Source: an uncultured virus (IMG/VR IMGVR_UViG_3300042298_003554)
Taxonomy: Duplodnaviria > Heunggongvirae > Uroviricota > Caudoviricetes
Virus record (IMG/VR): IMGVR_UViG_3300042298_003554
Length of the DNA stretch: 64,000 nucleotides
Direction: 5' to 3' (one strand)
Both the position numbers and the translations under genes were made by a program. Every line of letters begins with the position of its first letter. Positions within the stretch are counted from its first letter, which is position 1. Under the pieces are notes generated by a model. That model saw only the letters and a list, made by a program, of their open reading frames with translations, made no database searches and had not been told where the DNA came from. This document shows, piece by piece, positions 30,698-41,727 of the stretch.

Positions 30698-33226
30698 TTA
30701 TAAGACAAAAGTACCGTCTCCATCTGTTATTCTCCATCCGTAAGATACCAAAGCTATTTTTGCACTATTTCCATTTATACCGCCGCTATTAGTATCTGAT
30801 CTAGCATTACCAAAATTTATATTAATATTATTTAAGAAAGCATTCTTATTACTATTAAAGTAATTTAATAATTTATTATAATTAGTATTACTTAACTTTG
30901 TGCCTCTTAATATTTTATCCAGTGTGGCATTTGTTATAGAACTTATATTCCAACCGGTAAAATCTTTATTAAGAGAGATGCAACCATCGAATAAACCATT
31001 TATAGATCCTAAATTAGGTGGAATTGGAGAATCCGAAAGACCTCTGCATCCGACTGGTAGTGAATCCTCAGTAGAGACTAAATTAGCAAACATATGTGCT
31101 AAACCCGTAATAGCTCCCCAATTATTTACTTTTATAATTCCAGAATTTATTTCAGCATTTTTACTATCAGATATAACAGCAAGCTGATATGAATTGTTGG
31201 GCTGATTAATAGTTGTAAATCCGTTCTGAGTAGTTTTAAATCTTAAACTTAAATTGTTGTTTGCAAGTATGTTTATGGTCCTTAGTTTAATATCAAATAC
31301 AATATAATTTTTTGTATATATATTCATGAAGCTTTGATAATTATGATCAAATCCTTGTGGAATCTGTTGTATAAGTGGACTAGATTGTAGTAAAACTAAT
31401 AACTTATTTTTATTCTTAGATATCAAACTTTTAACAAACCCCGAGGATTGTTGATAACTGTTTTTTTGAATCCAGTTTGTTAGTGGTTTATTAGACCAAC
31501 TAATTCCACCATCATAGCTAACAAAAACACCATGCCCTGTAGAACAGGTTATGGTGCTACCATCACTAGAAATAGATACTGAGTTGTAGTTGTTATTATC
31601 CCTTAAATAGGGATTTGTCCAACTTACACCTCCATCATTACTTAAATATACTAGATTAGAATCACAAGCTACTATTCGTAATCCATCATCAGAGATAGCT
31701 ATACTCTTCCAATCCCTAATTGATTCTGTTGTGGTCCAAGTCGATCCTGAATCAGTCGATATATATATATTAGTATTATCTCCAACTGCAACTATTTTAT
31801 TTGTCTGCGAAGCTATGGCTATGTCTGTCCAGAATCTACTTGATTCTTTTGGTGTCCAACTACTATAATTTCCATTTTGACTAACGTATATATTTCCATT
31901 TTCGACTATTCCAACAGCAAAGGATCCATCGTTAGATAAGCGCACCTTTCTCCAATTTCTATTAGTAGCATCAACCAAACTAAAAGAAATACCATTATTA
32001 TTACTATAATAAATTCCTCCATTAAAAATGGAAACAAGGACTATTATACCATCATTAGAACAAGTTACTGAGGAAACATCTGGATTAGAAACCGGTAGAC
32101 TAGAAGCTAAAGATCCATTCTTAAAAAGTCCTCCATTGATGACGCCTATTCCTTCGTAAGTAACAAGATTGCTACGTTTTCTGCATGACACAAAAATATT
32201 AGATCCATCACTACTCATACATGCATCCGAATAATTTTCAGAATCCTTAATCACGAATGTACTAAAGCCACCAATTTGAGCATGAGCACTAGCTATTCTG
32301 GCTTCGTTATAAGAATAATTTTTAGTTACTACTGTATTTGAAGAAAATACCCGTTGATCATTATCTCCAAAATCTATAGTTCCAACACTATTGCTCAATA
32401 TTTCTATTTGAATTGGTGAAGTTGAATCATGCGTGATAGAAAATGTACCAGGAGCAATACTTGTGGGTGTCGGAGTGATTGTTGGGGTGGTTGTCGGTGT
32501 CGGAGTAGCCGCAGAAGTTCTTGTCGGTGTCGGAGTAGCCGCAGAAGTTCTTGTTTGTGTTGGAGTATTTGTGGGTGTGGTTGTTTGTGTCGGAGTATTT
32601 GTGGGTGTGGTTGTTTGTGTCGGAGTATTTGTGGGTGTGGTTGTTTGTGTCGGAGTATTTGTTGGTGTGGTTGTTTGTGTCGGAGTATTTGTTGGTGTAA
32701 CAGTAGTTGTTGGTGTTATGCTAGGAGTTACGCTAGGAGTAGCAGTATTACTAGGTGTTACACTAGGTGTAACAGTATTACTGGGGGTTATGCTAGGAGT
32801 AACAGTATTACTAGGAGTAACAGTCGGCGTTGTTGTAACAGTTGGAGTAAAGCTTGGAGTAACAGTAGGAGTAACAGTAGGAGTAGCTGTTACGGATGGT
32901 GTTGGAGTCGGACTAGGATATGCTGGTTCGCAACTATCAAAATTATCACAAACCACAAAACTACTATGAACAAGAGTAGATTCATTATCTAAATCCACAG
33001 CTTTAATTTCTAATAAAACTCCATTAATTCTAATATCTTTGGTTAGTACCACAAAAACATTCTGAATAGTATTATTTGCTCTAAACTCTAAAGTATTTTT
33101 ATCAAGATATGCTTCAAAATTTTTATTTGTATAATGCAAAGTATAAGACACTTTGTAGTTGTGACAAACTATTAAGTTTTGTAATTGCGCTTTAATAATA
33201 TCTGTTGTGTATACTGGATTGCTCAT
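30698..33226 (-). CDS. Adhesin-like virion protein: Cys-repeat-like N-domain, Pro/Thr linker, BNR/Asp-box beta-propeller, BspA/DUF285-like C-terminus
   Basis: ~155-aa TP-rich linker; Asp-boxes [45 protein letters not shown] and [11 protein letters not shown]. Confidence 0.7.
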   Translation of the reverse strand: MSNPVYTTDIIKAQLQNLIVCHNYKVSYTLHYTNKNFEAYLDKNTLEFRANNTIQNVFVVLTKDIRINGVLLEIKAVDLDNESTLVHSSFVVCDNFDSCEPAYPSPTPTPSVTATPTVTPTVTPSFTPTVTTTPTVTPSNTVTPSITPSNTVTPSVTPSNTATPSVTPSITPTTTVTPTNTPTQTTTPTNTPTQTTTPTNTPTQTTTPTNTPTQTTTPTNTPTQTRTSAATPTPTRTSAATPTPTTTPTITPTPTSIAPGTFSITHDSTSPIQIEILSNSVGTIDFGDNDQRVFSSNTVVTKNYSYNEARIASAHAQIGGFSTFVIKDSENYSDACMSSDGSNIFVSCRKRSNLVTYEGIGVINGGLFKNGSLASSLPVSNPDVSSVTCSNDGIIVLVSIFNGGIYYSNNNGISFSLVDATNRNWRKVRLSNDGSFAVGIVENGNIYVSQNGNYSSWTPKESSRFWTDIAIASQTNKIVAVGDNTNIYISTDSGSTWTTTESIRDWKSIAISDDGLRIVACDSNLVYLSNDGGVSWTNPYLRDNNNYNSVSISSDGSTITCSTGHGVFVSYDGGISWSNKPLTNWIQKNSYQQSSGFVKSLISKNKNKLLVLLQSSPLIQQIPQGFDHNYQSFMNIYTKNYIVFDIKLRTINILANNNLSLRFKTTQNGFTTINQPNNSYQLAVISDSKNAEINSGIIKVNNWGAITGLAHMFANLVSTEDSLPVGCRGLSDSPIPPNLGSINGLFDGCISLNKDFTGWNISSITNATLDKILRGTKLSNTNYNKLLNYFNSNKNAFLNNININFGNARSDTNSGGINGNSAKIALVSYGWRITDGDGTFVL
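32491..32700. repeat. 30-bp coding tandem repeats (2 identical type-A units and 5 near-identical type-B units)
   Basis: TTGTCGGTGTCGGAGTAGCCGCAGAAGTTC x2 (32491-32550); TTGTTTGTGTYGGAGTATTTGTKGGTGTGG x5 (32551-32700, last unit ends AA). They encode [10 protein letters not shown] and [10 protein letters not shown]. Confidence 0.95.
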
Positions 33227-33259
33227 ATATTTATATTTTATCCTTTACCAAAAAATGTA

Positions 33260-36200
33260 TTAACATGATCCTGTGTTGCATACTAATCCTATACTATCAT
33301 AAACTTTAAAGTTGGTATTAGTGTGTGTCAATTCAAAATTAATTAATGTTTGAGTATAATCAATTAGGTCTATTGCACATATACTATTAATTGTTCCGGC
33401 TCCGCCGCTACCAAAATACATTTCGCCAGTTTGAGGATTAAACTGTAATAGATTAACACCAACTCCTGATGTTGAACTAAAGGAATATATATATCTCTCG
33501 GATGGTACAGCATTTGTAACATTAACACTAAGTAATTTTTGACCAATACAGCAACTATTATCAAGAGCTATAACCGGAGATCCACTAATTTGTACATCAG
33601 CATATCTTACACAAGGTAAACAGTCTTTGCAATTAATGGTACTAACATTACTAGAATATACTGTGCTATTGCAAGATGAAGATTTTACATTCAATTTTAA
33701 TTTACCAAATAAAACATTATTATTCAAGATTTTTTGAGCAGCAGAGCTGAGTGAGTATGGTAGAAGACCATTTTCATTAGAGCAATTGCCCGATGGATAG
33801 CAGAATAATACTTTAGATACTATGCTCTCTGTTGATGTTTTTGCAACAAAAGAACCAGAAATATTATCTAATAAGATTGGCCAATTATTATCTCCAGTAA
33901 AATAATAATCATAAGATTGAAGTGGCCTTAATCCTGAAACTGTGCCTGTGATGGATACTAGATTAGTTGATGTTAAATTAACAGTAGTTGATGGTAACGA
34001 AGCACCAAGTATTGGAATACAGTTGTTACAATCAACCTCCACAATATCGCTAATAACCGGACTAGATAAACAAGAGCTATTTAATTTAACTTGCAAACTT
34101 GTAGATAGTAAATTATTACAAGCATTACTATTAATCGATCCACTAGTATAATAGGTATTACAATAACCACTGCTTTCACAAAATACTAACGAATTACTAA
34201 TATTTGCGGTAGTATTAGTTTTAGTTTTAATAACGCCACTCAACTCTTTTAATCCCACAAGGTGATTACTCTTAATGTTTTCAAAAGAGTAAGAGTATTC
34301 CGAATATGGTTTTAGGTTTGTTAAAACTATATTCATAGGATAAATATTCGTAGAAGTTAATGTGGCTTTACTTGGTGTTTGTATATTGATTTGAGGAATA
34401 CAGTTATCACAATTAATTTTAATTAATCTACTTAATACTGGCGAATAAAGATTATCATTGTTTAATTCTATCTTAAAAGATGCGTTTAATTTATTATTAC
34501 ATGAATCACTATTCATTGATCCGGTTTTTACATAACTATTGCAGTAGCCGCTACTTTCGCAAAACACCACCTTGTTGGTAAGGTTAAAAGCCTCACTATT
34601 TTCTGTATTAAAAGATCCTGATAATGATTCAAAACCTATCATATGATTTGTTGTTATATTTTTAATAGAATATTCATAATCAGAATATGGTTTGAGTGGA
34701 CTAATTGGTATATTTAATGAGTATATATTACCACTAGCTTGTGTTAAAGTAACTTCTGATGGAATATCAATATCTATATATGGCAAACAATATTCGCAAT
34801 CGATAAGAACAGGATCACTATATACAGGAGCTGGTAAACATGTTGAGTTTAATTTTACTCTAAATGATGTATTAAGAATATTTGCAAATCTATCACTATT
34901 TATTGTGCCAGTAGTTTGATAATTATTGCAATAGCCACTACTTTCACAGAAAATAATCGAATTATTTAGAGTATGGGTTGTTTCGTTATTAGTAGTAAAA
35001 GAGCCAGATAATTGTTCGAATCCTATTAAGTGATTACTTTTGAAATCAACTATTTCAAAAGAATATGTGGAATATGGTTTTAAATTATTAATATTAATGC
35101 TAGAGTTATAAATATTTGGTTCATCTCCAACTCCGAGCAAAGAAATCTTGGATGTTGGAACAACCAAATTTGGTATGGGTAAACAATTATCACAATTTAC
35201 TGTTATTATACTACTATATATGCTATAGTCTAAACAATCAGAATCTAATTTAAGTCTTAGTTTTACATTTTTGTTTTTATCACAATCTCCATTTTGAATA
35301 GTTCCTAACACATTGGTTGATCCACACAGTCCTGAGCTTTCACACATAATCATAGGTGTAATAAGATCAATATCGGTTCCGGCAGAGTCTGTGTTAAAGT
35401 ATCCTGACACATTGTCCAGTATTACAGAATGATTGCCTCCCATGTGTTGAAAACTATAATCATAACGACTGTTTGGTTTTAAACCAGTAATATTTGTAAT
35501 CAAATTAAAGTTATTCAAAGTAACAGAGTCTAGATCTATGCTGTCTGGTAAAGTTATTACAGGTTTTGGTAAACAATTGTCGCATTCAACAGTTATCTTA
35601 GGTCCTATGATAGGTTCAATAAAATATGAACTATCTAAAGACATTTGAAGATTAGTGTAATATTTATCACATTGCTCTTGTCCAATTTTATTGGAATATC
35701 CGGATCCTATTACCACATTATCACAATCTTCATATCCGCAAAATGCGAAGTCTGTTCTTAGTGAGTATGATTTGTTGTTTGATGTGGTAAAAGTACCGGA
35801 TACTAATTGTAAATCTATAGGATAATTAGATCCAATATCTAAAAATCTATACGAATAAGTTGTATATGGTTTTAATCCAGAAATATCTACATTGATTGTT
35901 GATTCGTTGGTGCCTTTAAGTTCAAACCAGCTTAATTGTGGAGATATCGTTGGGATAGCTGCACATCCAGAACAGATTACTTTAGTAACATTTGTATATA
36001 TTGGGGCATTAAGAACATCAGATGTTATACGAAGCCTAATATCTGCAAATGGATCATAACCAACTTGATAAGTGCCAGAATTATAAACAATATAATTTGA
36101 ACAGTTAAGATCTTCGCAAAAATAAATATCCGTATTTATAATTGCTGTATTGGTTAAAGAAGAAATCGATCCACTTGCTGGAAAAGCTTTAACGGGCCAA

Positions 36201-36286
36201 TTACTATTGACTCCCTCTACAACAAAATTATATAATTGATTTGGTAATATGCCAGCAATATTAGTTTTTAAATTATGATGATACAT
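33260..36286 (-). CDS. Cys-rich repeat protein (~8 copies of a ~125-aa Ig/FN3-like unit)
   Basis: Recurring LKPY..YSY...N(W/H)....SGSF...FCESSGYC...C..CxP units. Confidence 0.75.
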   Translation of the reverse strand: MYHHNLKTNIAGILPNQLYNFVVEGVNSNWPVKAFPASGSISSLTNTAIINTDIYFCEDLNCSNYIVYNSGTYQVGYDPFADIRLRITSDVLNAPIYTNVTKVICSGCAAIPTISPQLSWFELKGTNESTINVDISGLKPYTTYSYRFLDIGSNYPIDLQLVSGTFTTSNNKSYSLRTDFAFCGYEDCDNVVIGSGYSNKIGQEQCDKYYTNLQMSLDSSYFIEPIIGPKITVECDNCLPKPVITLPDSIDLDSVTLNNFNLITNITGLKPNSRYDYSFQHMGGNHSVILDNVSGYFNTDSAGTDIDLITPMIMCESSGLCGSTNVLGTIQNGDCDKNKNVKLRLKLDSDCLDYSIYSSIITVNCDNCLPIPNLVVPTSKISLLGVGDEPNIYNSSININNLKPYSTYSFEIVDFKSNHLIGFEQLSGSFTTNNETTHTLNNSIIFCESSGYCNNYQTTGTINSDRFANILNTSFRVKLNSTCLPAPVYSDPVLIDCEYCLPYIDIDIPSEVTLTQASGNIYSLNIPISPLKPYSDYEYSIKNITTNHMIGFESLSGSFNTENSEAFNLTNKVVFCESSGYCNSYVKTGSMNSDSCNNKLNASFKIELNNDNLYSPVLSRLIKINCDNCIPQINIQTPSKATLTSTNIYPMNIVLTNLKPYSEYSYSFENIKSNHLVGLKELSGVIKTKTNTTANISNSLVFCESSGYCNTYYTSGSINSNACNNLLSTSLQVKLNSSCLSSPVISDIVEVDCNNCIPILGASLPSTTVNLTSTNLVSITGTVSGLRPLQSYDYYFTGDNNWPILLDNISGSFVAKTSTESIVSKVLFCYPSGNCSNENGLLPYSLSSAAQKILNNNVLFGKLKLNVKSSSCNSTVYSSNVSTINCKDCLPCVRYADVQISGSPVIALDNSCCIGQKLLSVNVTNAVPSERYIYSFSSTSGVGVNLLQFNPQTGEMYFGSGGAGTINSICAIDLIDYTQTLINFELTHTNTNFKVYDSIGLVCNTGSC

Positions 36287-36295
36287 TTTAATTCC

Positions 36296-38227
36296 TTATT
36301 TTTCAATATCTAACGTGATAGAAGGTAGAGGTATGCAATCTTCACAATACACCGTAATGGGCTCACTGAAAAATGCTTTCTGATTAGGATAGCAATTGCT
36401 AGTAACAGATAATTGCAAACTAATAAATTTACTATTATTACAGGTACTATTTAGTAAAGAATTATAACTTAATACACTAGGAGGCGTTAGAACATTGGAT
36501 TGATTATTGCACACGCCCGTTGAAGGACAGAATGTTAATTGTGTTTTAATATTATGAATTAACGGTTGATTTGTAAAAGAACCAGACACATTGCTCAAAA
36601 TAACTGGCCAATTTCCATCAATAGCATGATATTGATACGTATAAGAGTGTGTATTTATGCAGTTATTAACTTTCATTGAGAAATCATAGCATCCTTTTGT
36701 TTGGCTATCTAAGATAACATTATATGTATCATTTACTGGAGTAATTTCCAAATCAGCTAATTGAATAAAAATTGTTCTATCATCATATACTAAATGATTA
36801 GCACATGTGTCTGTTACTTTCAATCTTATATCTTGTGTTAAGTAATTGGTCTTATATCTTAAAGAATCATATGTTTTAGTAAACGGCGTTGATCCACAAG
36901 ATCCTGATGGACAACAAAACCATGCCTGAGATAAAATTTCTTTTGTTTGTGTTTTTGCAACAAAAGATCCCGAGACCGGATATATTTTAATAGGCCAATT
37001 GCCTCCCTTTGATTCGAACTGATACGAATAAGTATGCTCCGATAATAAGTTTGAAAGATTCCCTGTTAAATCAATAGCTGAATCAGCTTGGTATATATTC
37101 ACAGTATCTAAAACAACAGAATGTCTATTTGGTAAGCAGTCTTCGCAAACAATAGTAATCGACTGACTAGAAATCGGATTTTCTAAACAATCAGAGTTTA
37201 TTATCACATTAAATTTAACATATTTATTAATATCACAAATGTTATGATTATTTATTATAGTATAATTATTATAATATCCACTTATATCACAAAAGACTAA
37301 TTTAGGAATAATAGATGTATCAACAGTTTCGTTTGTTGTGAACGAACCAGAAATACTGTCAAAACCAATAATACTATTCGATTGTATATTTTCTATACTA
37401 TATTGATAAGTAGAATATGGTTTAAGATTTATTAAATTTATACCAATATCATATTCATTAGAATTAGTAAGAGTTACATTATTTTCTGTTTCAAAAATAA
37501 TCCTTGGCCAACAATAATCACAATTTATAGTAGTAGGATTACTATATATAGGATTATCTAAACAATCTGATTCTAGTTTTACTCTTAATTTAGCATAAGG
37601 ATTGGTATCGCATGAAAATATGGATCCTAATGTTGTTGTGTACGCTGCGCATTCTCCTGTTGTTTCACACAGAGCTATTCTAGATTGTATTGTATCTATA
37701 TAGTTGTTTGTTGTAATAATTGTTCCGGATAAATTATTTGATCCTAGTAATGTATTACCTTCTAATAATTCTATAGTATAATTATATGTTGAATTATTAT
37801 TTAAATTATTAAATGATATATCTAAGTTAACAACATTACCAGTATCATTATTTAGTTCTATATTATCTACTGTTTCTATTGAAGGCTCTATCAAACATTC
37901 TAGACATTCCACATGTTCAACATCTCCATATAATTTTATATTAGAGTATGGTAGATTTAAAACTATTCTAGCATCTACAAATGGAATAATTCCAGAGGAA
38001 CACGTAGTTGGACTATATGCTAATTTTGTTATTCCAGAACATGTTCCAGAAGATGCACAAAAACGTAATGTTGTTTCTATGTCGTAAGAATCTTTTAAAG
38101 TATAAAATGATCCGCTTGCAGGAGATGCTACTACTGGCCAATTTCCGTTAACAGATTCGATACTGTAAGAATAGGTGGTTAGTGGTAATAGATTTTTTAG
38201 TGATGTAATAAATTTATGATTTTTCAT
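36296..38227 (-). CDS. Cys-rich repeat protein (5 units)
   Basis: Same unit, e.g. NLLPLTTYSY...GNWPVVASPASGSF...FCASSGTC...CLECLIEP. Confidence 0.75.
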   Translation of the reverse strand: MKNHKFITSLKNLLPLTTYSYSIESVNGNWPVVASPASGSFYTLKDSYDIETTLRFCASSGTCSGITKLAYSPTTCSSGIIPFVDARIVLNLPYSNIKLYGDVEHVECLECLIEPSIETVDNIELNNDTGNVVNLDISFNNLNNNSTYNYTIELLEGNTLLGSNNLSGTIITTNNYIDTIQSRIALCETTGECAAYTTTLGSIFSCDTNPYAKLRVKLESDCLDNPIYSNPTTINCDYCWPRIIFETENNVTLTNSNEYDIGINLINLKPYSTYQYSIENIQSNSIIGFDSISGSFTTNETVDTSIIPKLVFCDISGYYNNYTIINNHNICDINKYVKFNVIINSDCLENPISSQSITIVCEDCLPNRHSVVLDTVNIYQADSAIDLTGNLSNLLSEHTYSYQFESKGGNWPIKIYPVSGSFVAKTQTKEILSQAWFCCPSGSCGSTPFTKTYDSLRYKTNYLTQDIRLKVTDTCANHLVYDDRTIFIQLADLEITPVNDTYNVILDSQTKGCYDFSMKVNNCINTHSYTYQYHAIDGNWPVILSNVSGSFTNQPLIHNIKTQLTFCPSTGVCNNQSNVLTPPSVLSYNSLLNSTCNNSKFISLQLSVTSNCYPNQKAFFSEPITVYCEDCIPLPSITLDIEK

Positions 38228-38241
38228 AATAAAATTCCAGG

Positions 38242-39519
38242 TTAATTCTTAGAGATTGTTGGTAAATTATTAGTGCTTGTATTAATACAATCATCACAGT
38301 GTATTTTGAGTAAATTATTGACTAGCAGATTTGTTCCGGGCTCGTTTTGGGTACTGAGATTGAATTTAATATAAGCAAATTTATCACATTCTGTATTAGT
38401 ATATAGTTTATTATAATCTATATTATAGCTCAATAAATTAGCATCTCCAGAACAAATAGCTTCTGAACCACAAAAAGATAGCTTAAACGGTAATGACGTA
38501 TCATGGTTATAAGAAGTAGCAAATGAACCAGATATTGGGCTAATCAATGTTGGCCAATTTGCTCGGTATGTGCTAAAATTATACAAGTATGTTTTGTATG
38601 ACTCTAGTCCAGAAAGCGACACACTAATGTCTGTGCAAGGTTTTGTTGTTAGAATATTTTCTGATCCGAATGAGACTTTTGGTGTTGGTATGCAATCATT
38701 ACAATATACTGATAATGTTTTAGTGTTGTTATTAAAATGACAACGATCATTATTATTTATTGTAACATTTAAGGTAATAAACTTATAGTCATTTGAAAAA
38801 TTGCTAGTATTATATGTCATATATCCATTAATACCAGAGCATGAAGAATCTCTACAAAAAGTTAAAACACTATCCGCAACATACTCGTGATTAGAAGCTG
38901 TAAAAGTTCCGGACGCCGGAGTCACCGTAACTGGCCAATTAGAAGTAACTCTACTAAAAGACCATGAGTATTGCTGTCCTGGCATAACATTTAAAAATTT
39001 TGTTTGTAACTTAATAACATTCTCAGTAGCTTCTGTTAACATTAAAGAATTATTATTTTCATTATTCTTTAGATTAACACCTAGCAAAGACATATCGATA
39101 GGTTTCAAACAATCTGTACATTCTATATGTCTGGTATTGCTATATATATATTCATTACTATTTTTTTCATTAACCTTAACTCTAAGATTAGTAAACAATA
39201 AATTATTTTGTAGTCCACAACTATAATCTAGATTAAATGGTAAAACATCCGGATTGCCAGAATCACAAACCCCAGTATTTGGACAAAAAATTACCAATGC
39301 ATCTATTTCTTTTGTTCTGGATGTTGCTATAAATTCTCCGCTTCTAGGAACAACAACCACAGGCCAGTTACCAGGATTGCCGTCTAATTCTATTTCGTAT
39401 TCGTATATTATTGTTTTTATAAGCTTATTAATAGTAAATTTTGTTGGAACATTATAAGAAGCTGGAGGAGCCGGTGTTTGTGCTGATGGCTCTGTTGAAT
39501 ATATTGAATGGTTTATCAT
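38242..39519 (-). CDS. Cys-rich repeat protein (3 units)
   Basis: GNWPVVVVPRSGEF...FCPNTGVC...CTDCL; SNWPVTVTPASGTF...CNDCIP; ANWPTLISPISGSF...CDDCI. Confidence 0.75.
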   Translation of the reverse strand: MINHSIYSTEPSAQTPAPPASYNVPTKFTINKLIKTIIYEYEIELDGNPGNWPVVVVPRSGEFIATSRTKEIDALVIFCPNTGVCDSGNPDVLPFNLDYSCGLQNNLLFTNLRVKVNEKNSNEYIYSNTRHIECTDCLKPIDMSLLGVNLKNNENNNSLMLTEATENVIKLQTKFLNVMPGQQYSWSFSRVTSNWPVTVTPASGTFTASNHEYVADSVLTFCRDSSCSGINGYMTYNTSNFSNDYKFITLNVTINNNDRCHFNNNTKTLSVYCNDCIPTPKVSFGSENILTTKPCTDISVSLSGLESYKTYLYNFSTYRANWPTLISPISGSFATSYNHDTSLPFKLSFCGSEAICSGDANLLSYNIDYNKLYTNTECDKFAYIKFNLSTQNEPGTNLLVNNLLKIHCDDCINTSTNNLPTISKN

Positions 39520-39548
39520 GTTAATATTTCTTATAAGTGTTTACGGAA

Positions 39549-40745
39549 TTATACTCTCTTGTATGAGATTTCGAACGGATCACTAACATAATCATAATTA
39601 ATTAATGAGGCTTGTAAAATTATATTATAAGTAGTAAATATTGGTTCATCTGATAAAAACTTTGGATATGTTGGAATATTGTAAGCTGGGATACTAGTAT
39701 TGTTTGGTGGACATAATCCTGTAGTCGGGCAAAAATACATAGTATTTTTAATTGTATTATCTTCAATTTTAGTAGATGTTACAGTAAAAGTTCCGGAGGT
39801 CGGAGTCGCAAAATAGAAAGGCCACTCATTTTTTATGGTATTAATAACATAACTATATGTTTGACCTAATTCTAAATTAGTAAATGAAAGATTAAAAGAA
39901 TACGAGGGTATTGGAGCATTGTCGCTGTCTTGCTCTTCTATATAAGGCTCTCCAATACCTTCAAGCACTAATCTTGGTTTTGGTAAACAATCATCACATC
40001 TTACGGTGAATTGATCACTCAAAGATTCTGCACCTTCGAAAGATTTGGATCTAACAGATAGTTGTAGTGTTGCATAAGGATCCTCTAATTTTTCTATTGT
40101 TCCTTCTTCTGGCAGCACGAAAGAAAGCGTATTATCTGAACATACTCCGGTAGTTGGGCAAAATGATATAGACGCATTGATAAATCCGGTAGATGTGGCT
40201 GGTTTAAGTTCTCCAGAAGATGGAGTTGCTACAACTGGCCAATTACTAGCAACAACTTTCCATTCGTAAGAATATGTTTCGTATGGTCTTAAATTAACAA
40301 TTTGTGGCCTAAAATTATATTGAAACGAATCTTTAAGAACCTTATCTGCTATAGGTGGATCAACACTAGGTAGATCTTCTGCGTCTCCAAAACCTAGAAC
40401 CAATGTACCATGAGAAGGTATTTTAAGAGGAGCTAAAGATGAATCTCTAAGAACTATATAATATGCTGATTTGGATTCGAGTTTTTTAAGTGTGCTGGCT
40501 GGATTTGGAGCATATCTATATAATATATTTCCAAATTTATCATTTAAAGGATATCTTGTTGTCCAAAAAATAGGAATAGATTCGTCGTTCTGTTGCGCCC
40601 CATGAATACTGTCTATAGCCTGCATAATCTGATCCCACTCGTTGGATTTAATCGGATTGTTAGCAATTTCGGTATCTTTTTCCATTAGATTCAATGGTTT
40701 AGAACCCGCATATATGACTATAGAAAATTTTTTATCAATAATCAT
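39549..40745 (-). CDS. Cys-rich repeat protein (unique N-domain plus 2 units)
   Basis: NLRPYETYSY...SNWPVVATPSSG...FCPTTGVC...CDDCLPKP; second unit EWPFYFATPTSGTF...FCPTTGLC. Confidence 0.75.
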   Translation of the reverse strand: MIIDKKFSIVIYAGSKPLNLMEKDTEIANNPIKSNEWDQIMQAIDSIHGAQQNDESIPIFWTTRYPLNDKFGNILYRYAPNPASTLKKLESKSAYYIVLRDSSLAPLKIPSHGTLVLGFGDAEDLPSVDPPIADKVLKDSFQYNFRPQIVNLRPYETYSYEWKVVASNWPVVATPSSGELKPATSTGFINASISFCPTTGVCSDNTLSFVLPEEGTIEKLEDPYATLQLSVRSKSFEGAESLSDQFTVRCDDCLPKPRLVLEGIGEPYIEEQDSDNAPIPSYSFNLSFTNLELGQTYSYVINTIKNEWPFYFATPTSGTFTVTSTKIEDNTIKNTMYFCPTTGLCPPNNTSIPAYNIPTYPKFLSDEPIFTTYNIILQASLINYDYVSDPFEISYKRV

Positions 40746-40797
40746 TATTTATTCTCTAAATTTAAGTGTTTCATATAAATATACACCAAATCATTAT

Positions 40798-41727
40798 TTA
40801 TATAGTTGACAAACATATAGAGTCATTTACAACTCTATTTGCTCCATAAATATCTACTAATCCAGGAATCGGAACAGGAGAGTTTTCGCCAACTAGTGCA
40901 TCAAAATTTTTAATATTGAGCAATATAGAAATATTGTCGTCATTTATACCACTATATTTAATAAATTGAGCAACAACTCTATCTCTAAAGGAGAAGGTCC
41001 AATTGTTGTCCTTATCGAGAACCAAAAACCTGTTATTGAATTCTATCTCGGCAAGATCAGCTGGTGTAGGACAACTTACTATTTGAGTAAACGTATACTG
41101 TCCTGCTGCGGAATCGTAGGAAAGATTAGAACTGAGAACAAAATCAAAAGGAAAAAGCTCCATTTCTGCTCTGTTGCCATCTATAAAACCATAGATACTA
41201 ACTTGTTGATCTGCTGGTATGCCTGGTCCAGTAACAGACATTCTGGTTAATAACAAACTTACGGCATCCACAGACTCATCGGTGCGAATTCTTAAAACTC
41301 TTCCATTATTTGGTCCTCTTTTTTCTAAGCTAGATAATATAGATCCATTTAATTTTACTACTTTATTTGGTGAACAAATAACTAAGATATAATCAGTATA
41401 TAATATATTGTTATATATATCTTTAACATTTAATCTAATCAAACTCTGAGTTTCTGCTTTATGGATAGATTTAATACTAATTCCTATTTGAATACTATCT
41501 TTAATAGATGATTTTAGATAAGATTCTTGAGCTGGATTATTATTCGAGTCTGGTGTGAATATTATTTCAGCCGGGGGATGAAGAGGCAATCGTGCGGCAA
41601 CATCAAAACTAACTATATATCTATCTAATATGGGTACGGATGTTTCTGGAGGTGGAGGAAATGTTAATAAAAATCCTTTATCTCCCTCTTCCAAACTAAC
41701 ATTGATTTTTTTAATATCATTACTCAT
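40798..41727 (-). CDS. Hypothetical virion-associated protein
   Basis: 309-aa ORF coupled to the upstream gene; MSVTGPGIP motif seen in phage structural beta-barrel inserts. Confidence 0.55.
   Translation of the reverse strand: MSNDIKKINVSLEEGDKGFLLTFPPPPETSVPILDRYIVSFDVAARLPLHPPAEIIFTPDSNNNPAQESYLKSSIKDSIQIGISIKSIHKAETQSLIRLNVKDIYNNILYTDYILVICSPNKVVKLNGSILSSLEKRGPNNGRVLRIRTDESVDAVSLLLTRMSVTGPGIPADQQVSIYGFIDGNRAEMELFPFDFVLSSNLSYDSAAGQYTFTQIVSCPTPADLAEIEFNNRFLVLDKDNNWTFSFRDRVVAQFIKYSGINDDNISILLNIKNFDALVGENSPVPIPGLVDIYGANRVVNDSICLSTI

Noticed and set aside
32491..32700. CRISPR array
   Set aside because: Repeats are head-to-tail with no unique spacers and encode an in-frame Thr/Pro linker.
32429..32992. 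Plus-strand ORFs of 187 aa (Cys/Arg-rich) and 178 aa (Val/Gly-rich)
   Set aside because: Antisense shadows of the Thr/Pro repeat tract in the 842-aa gene.
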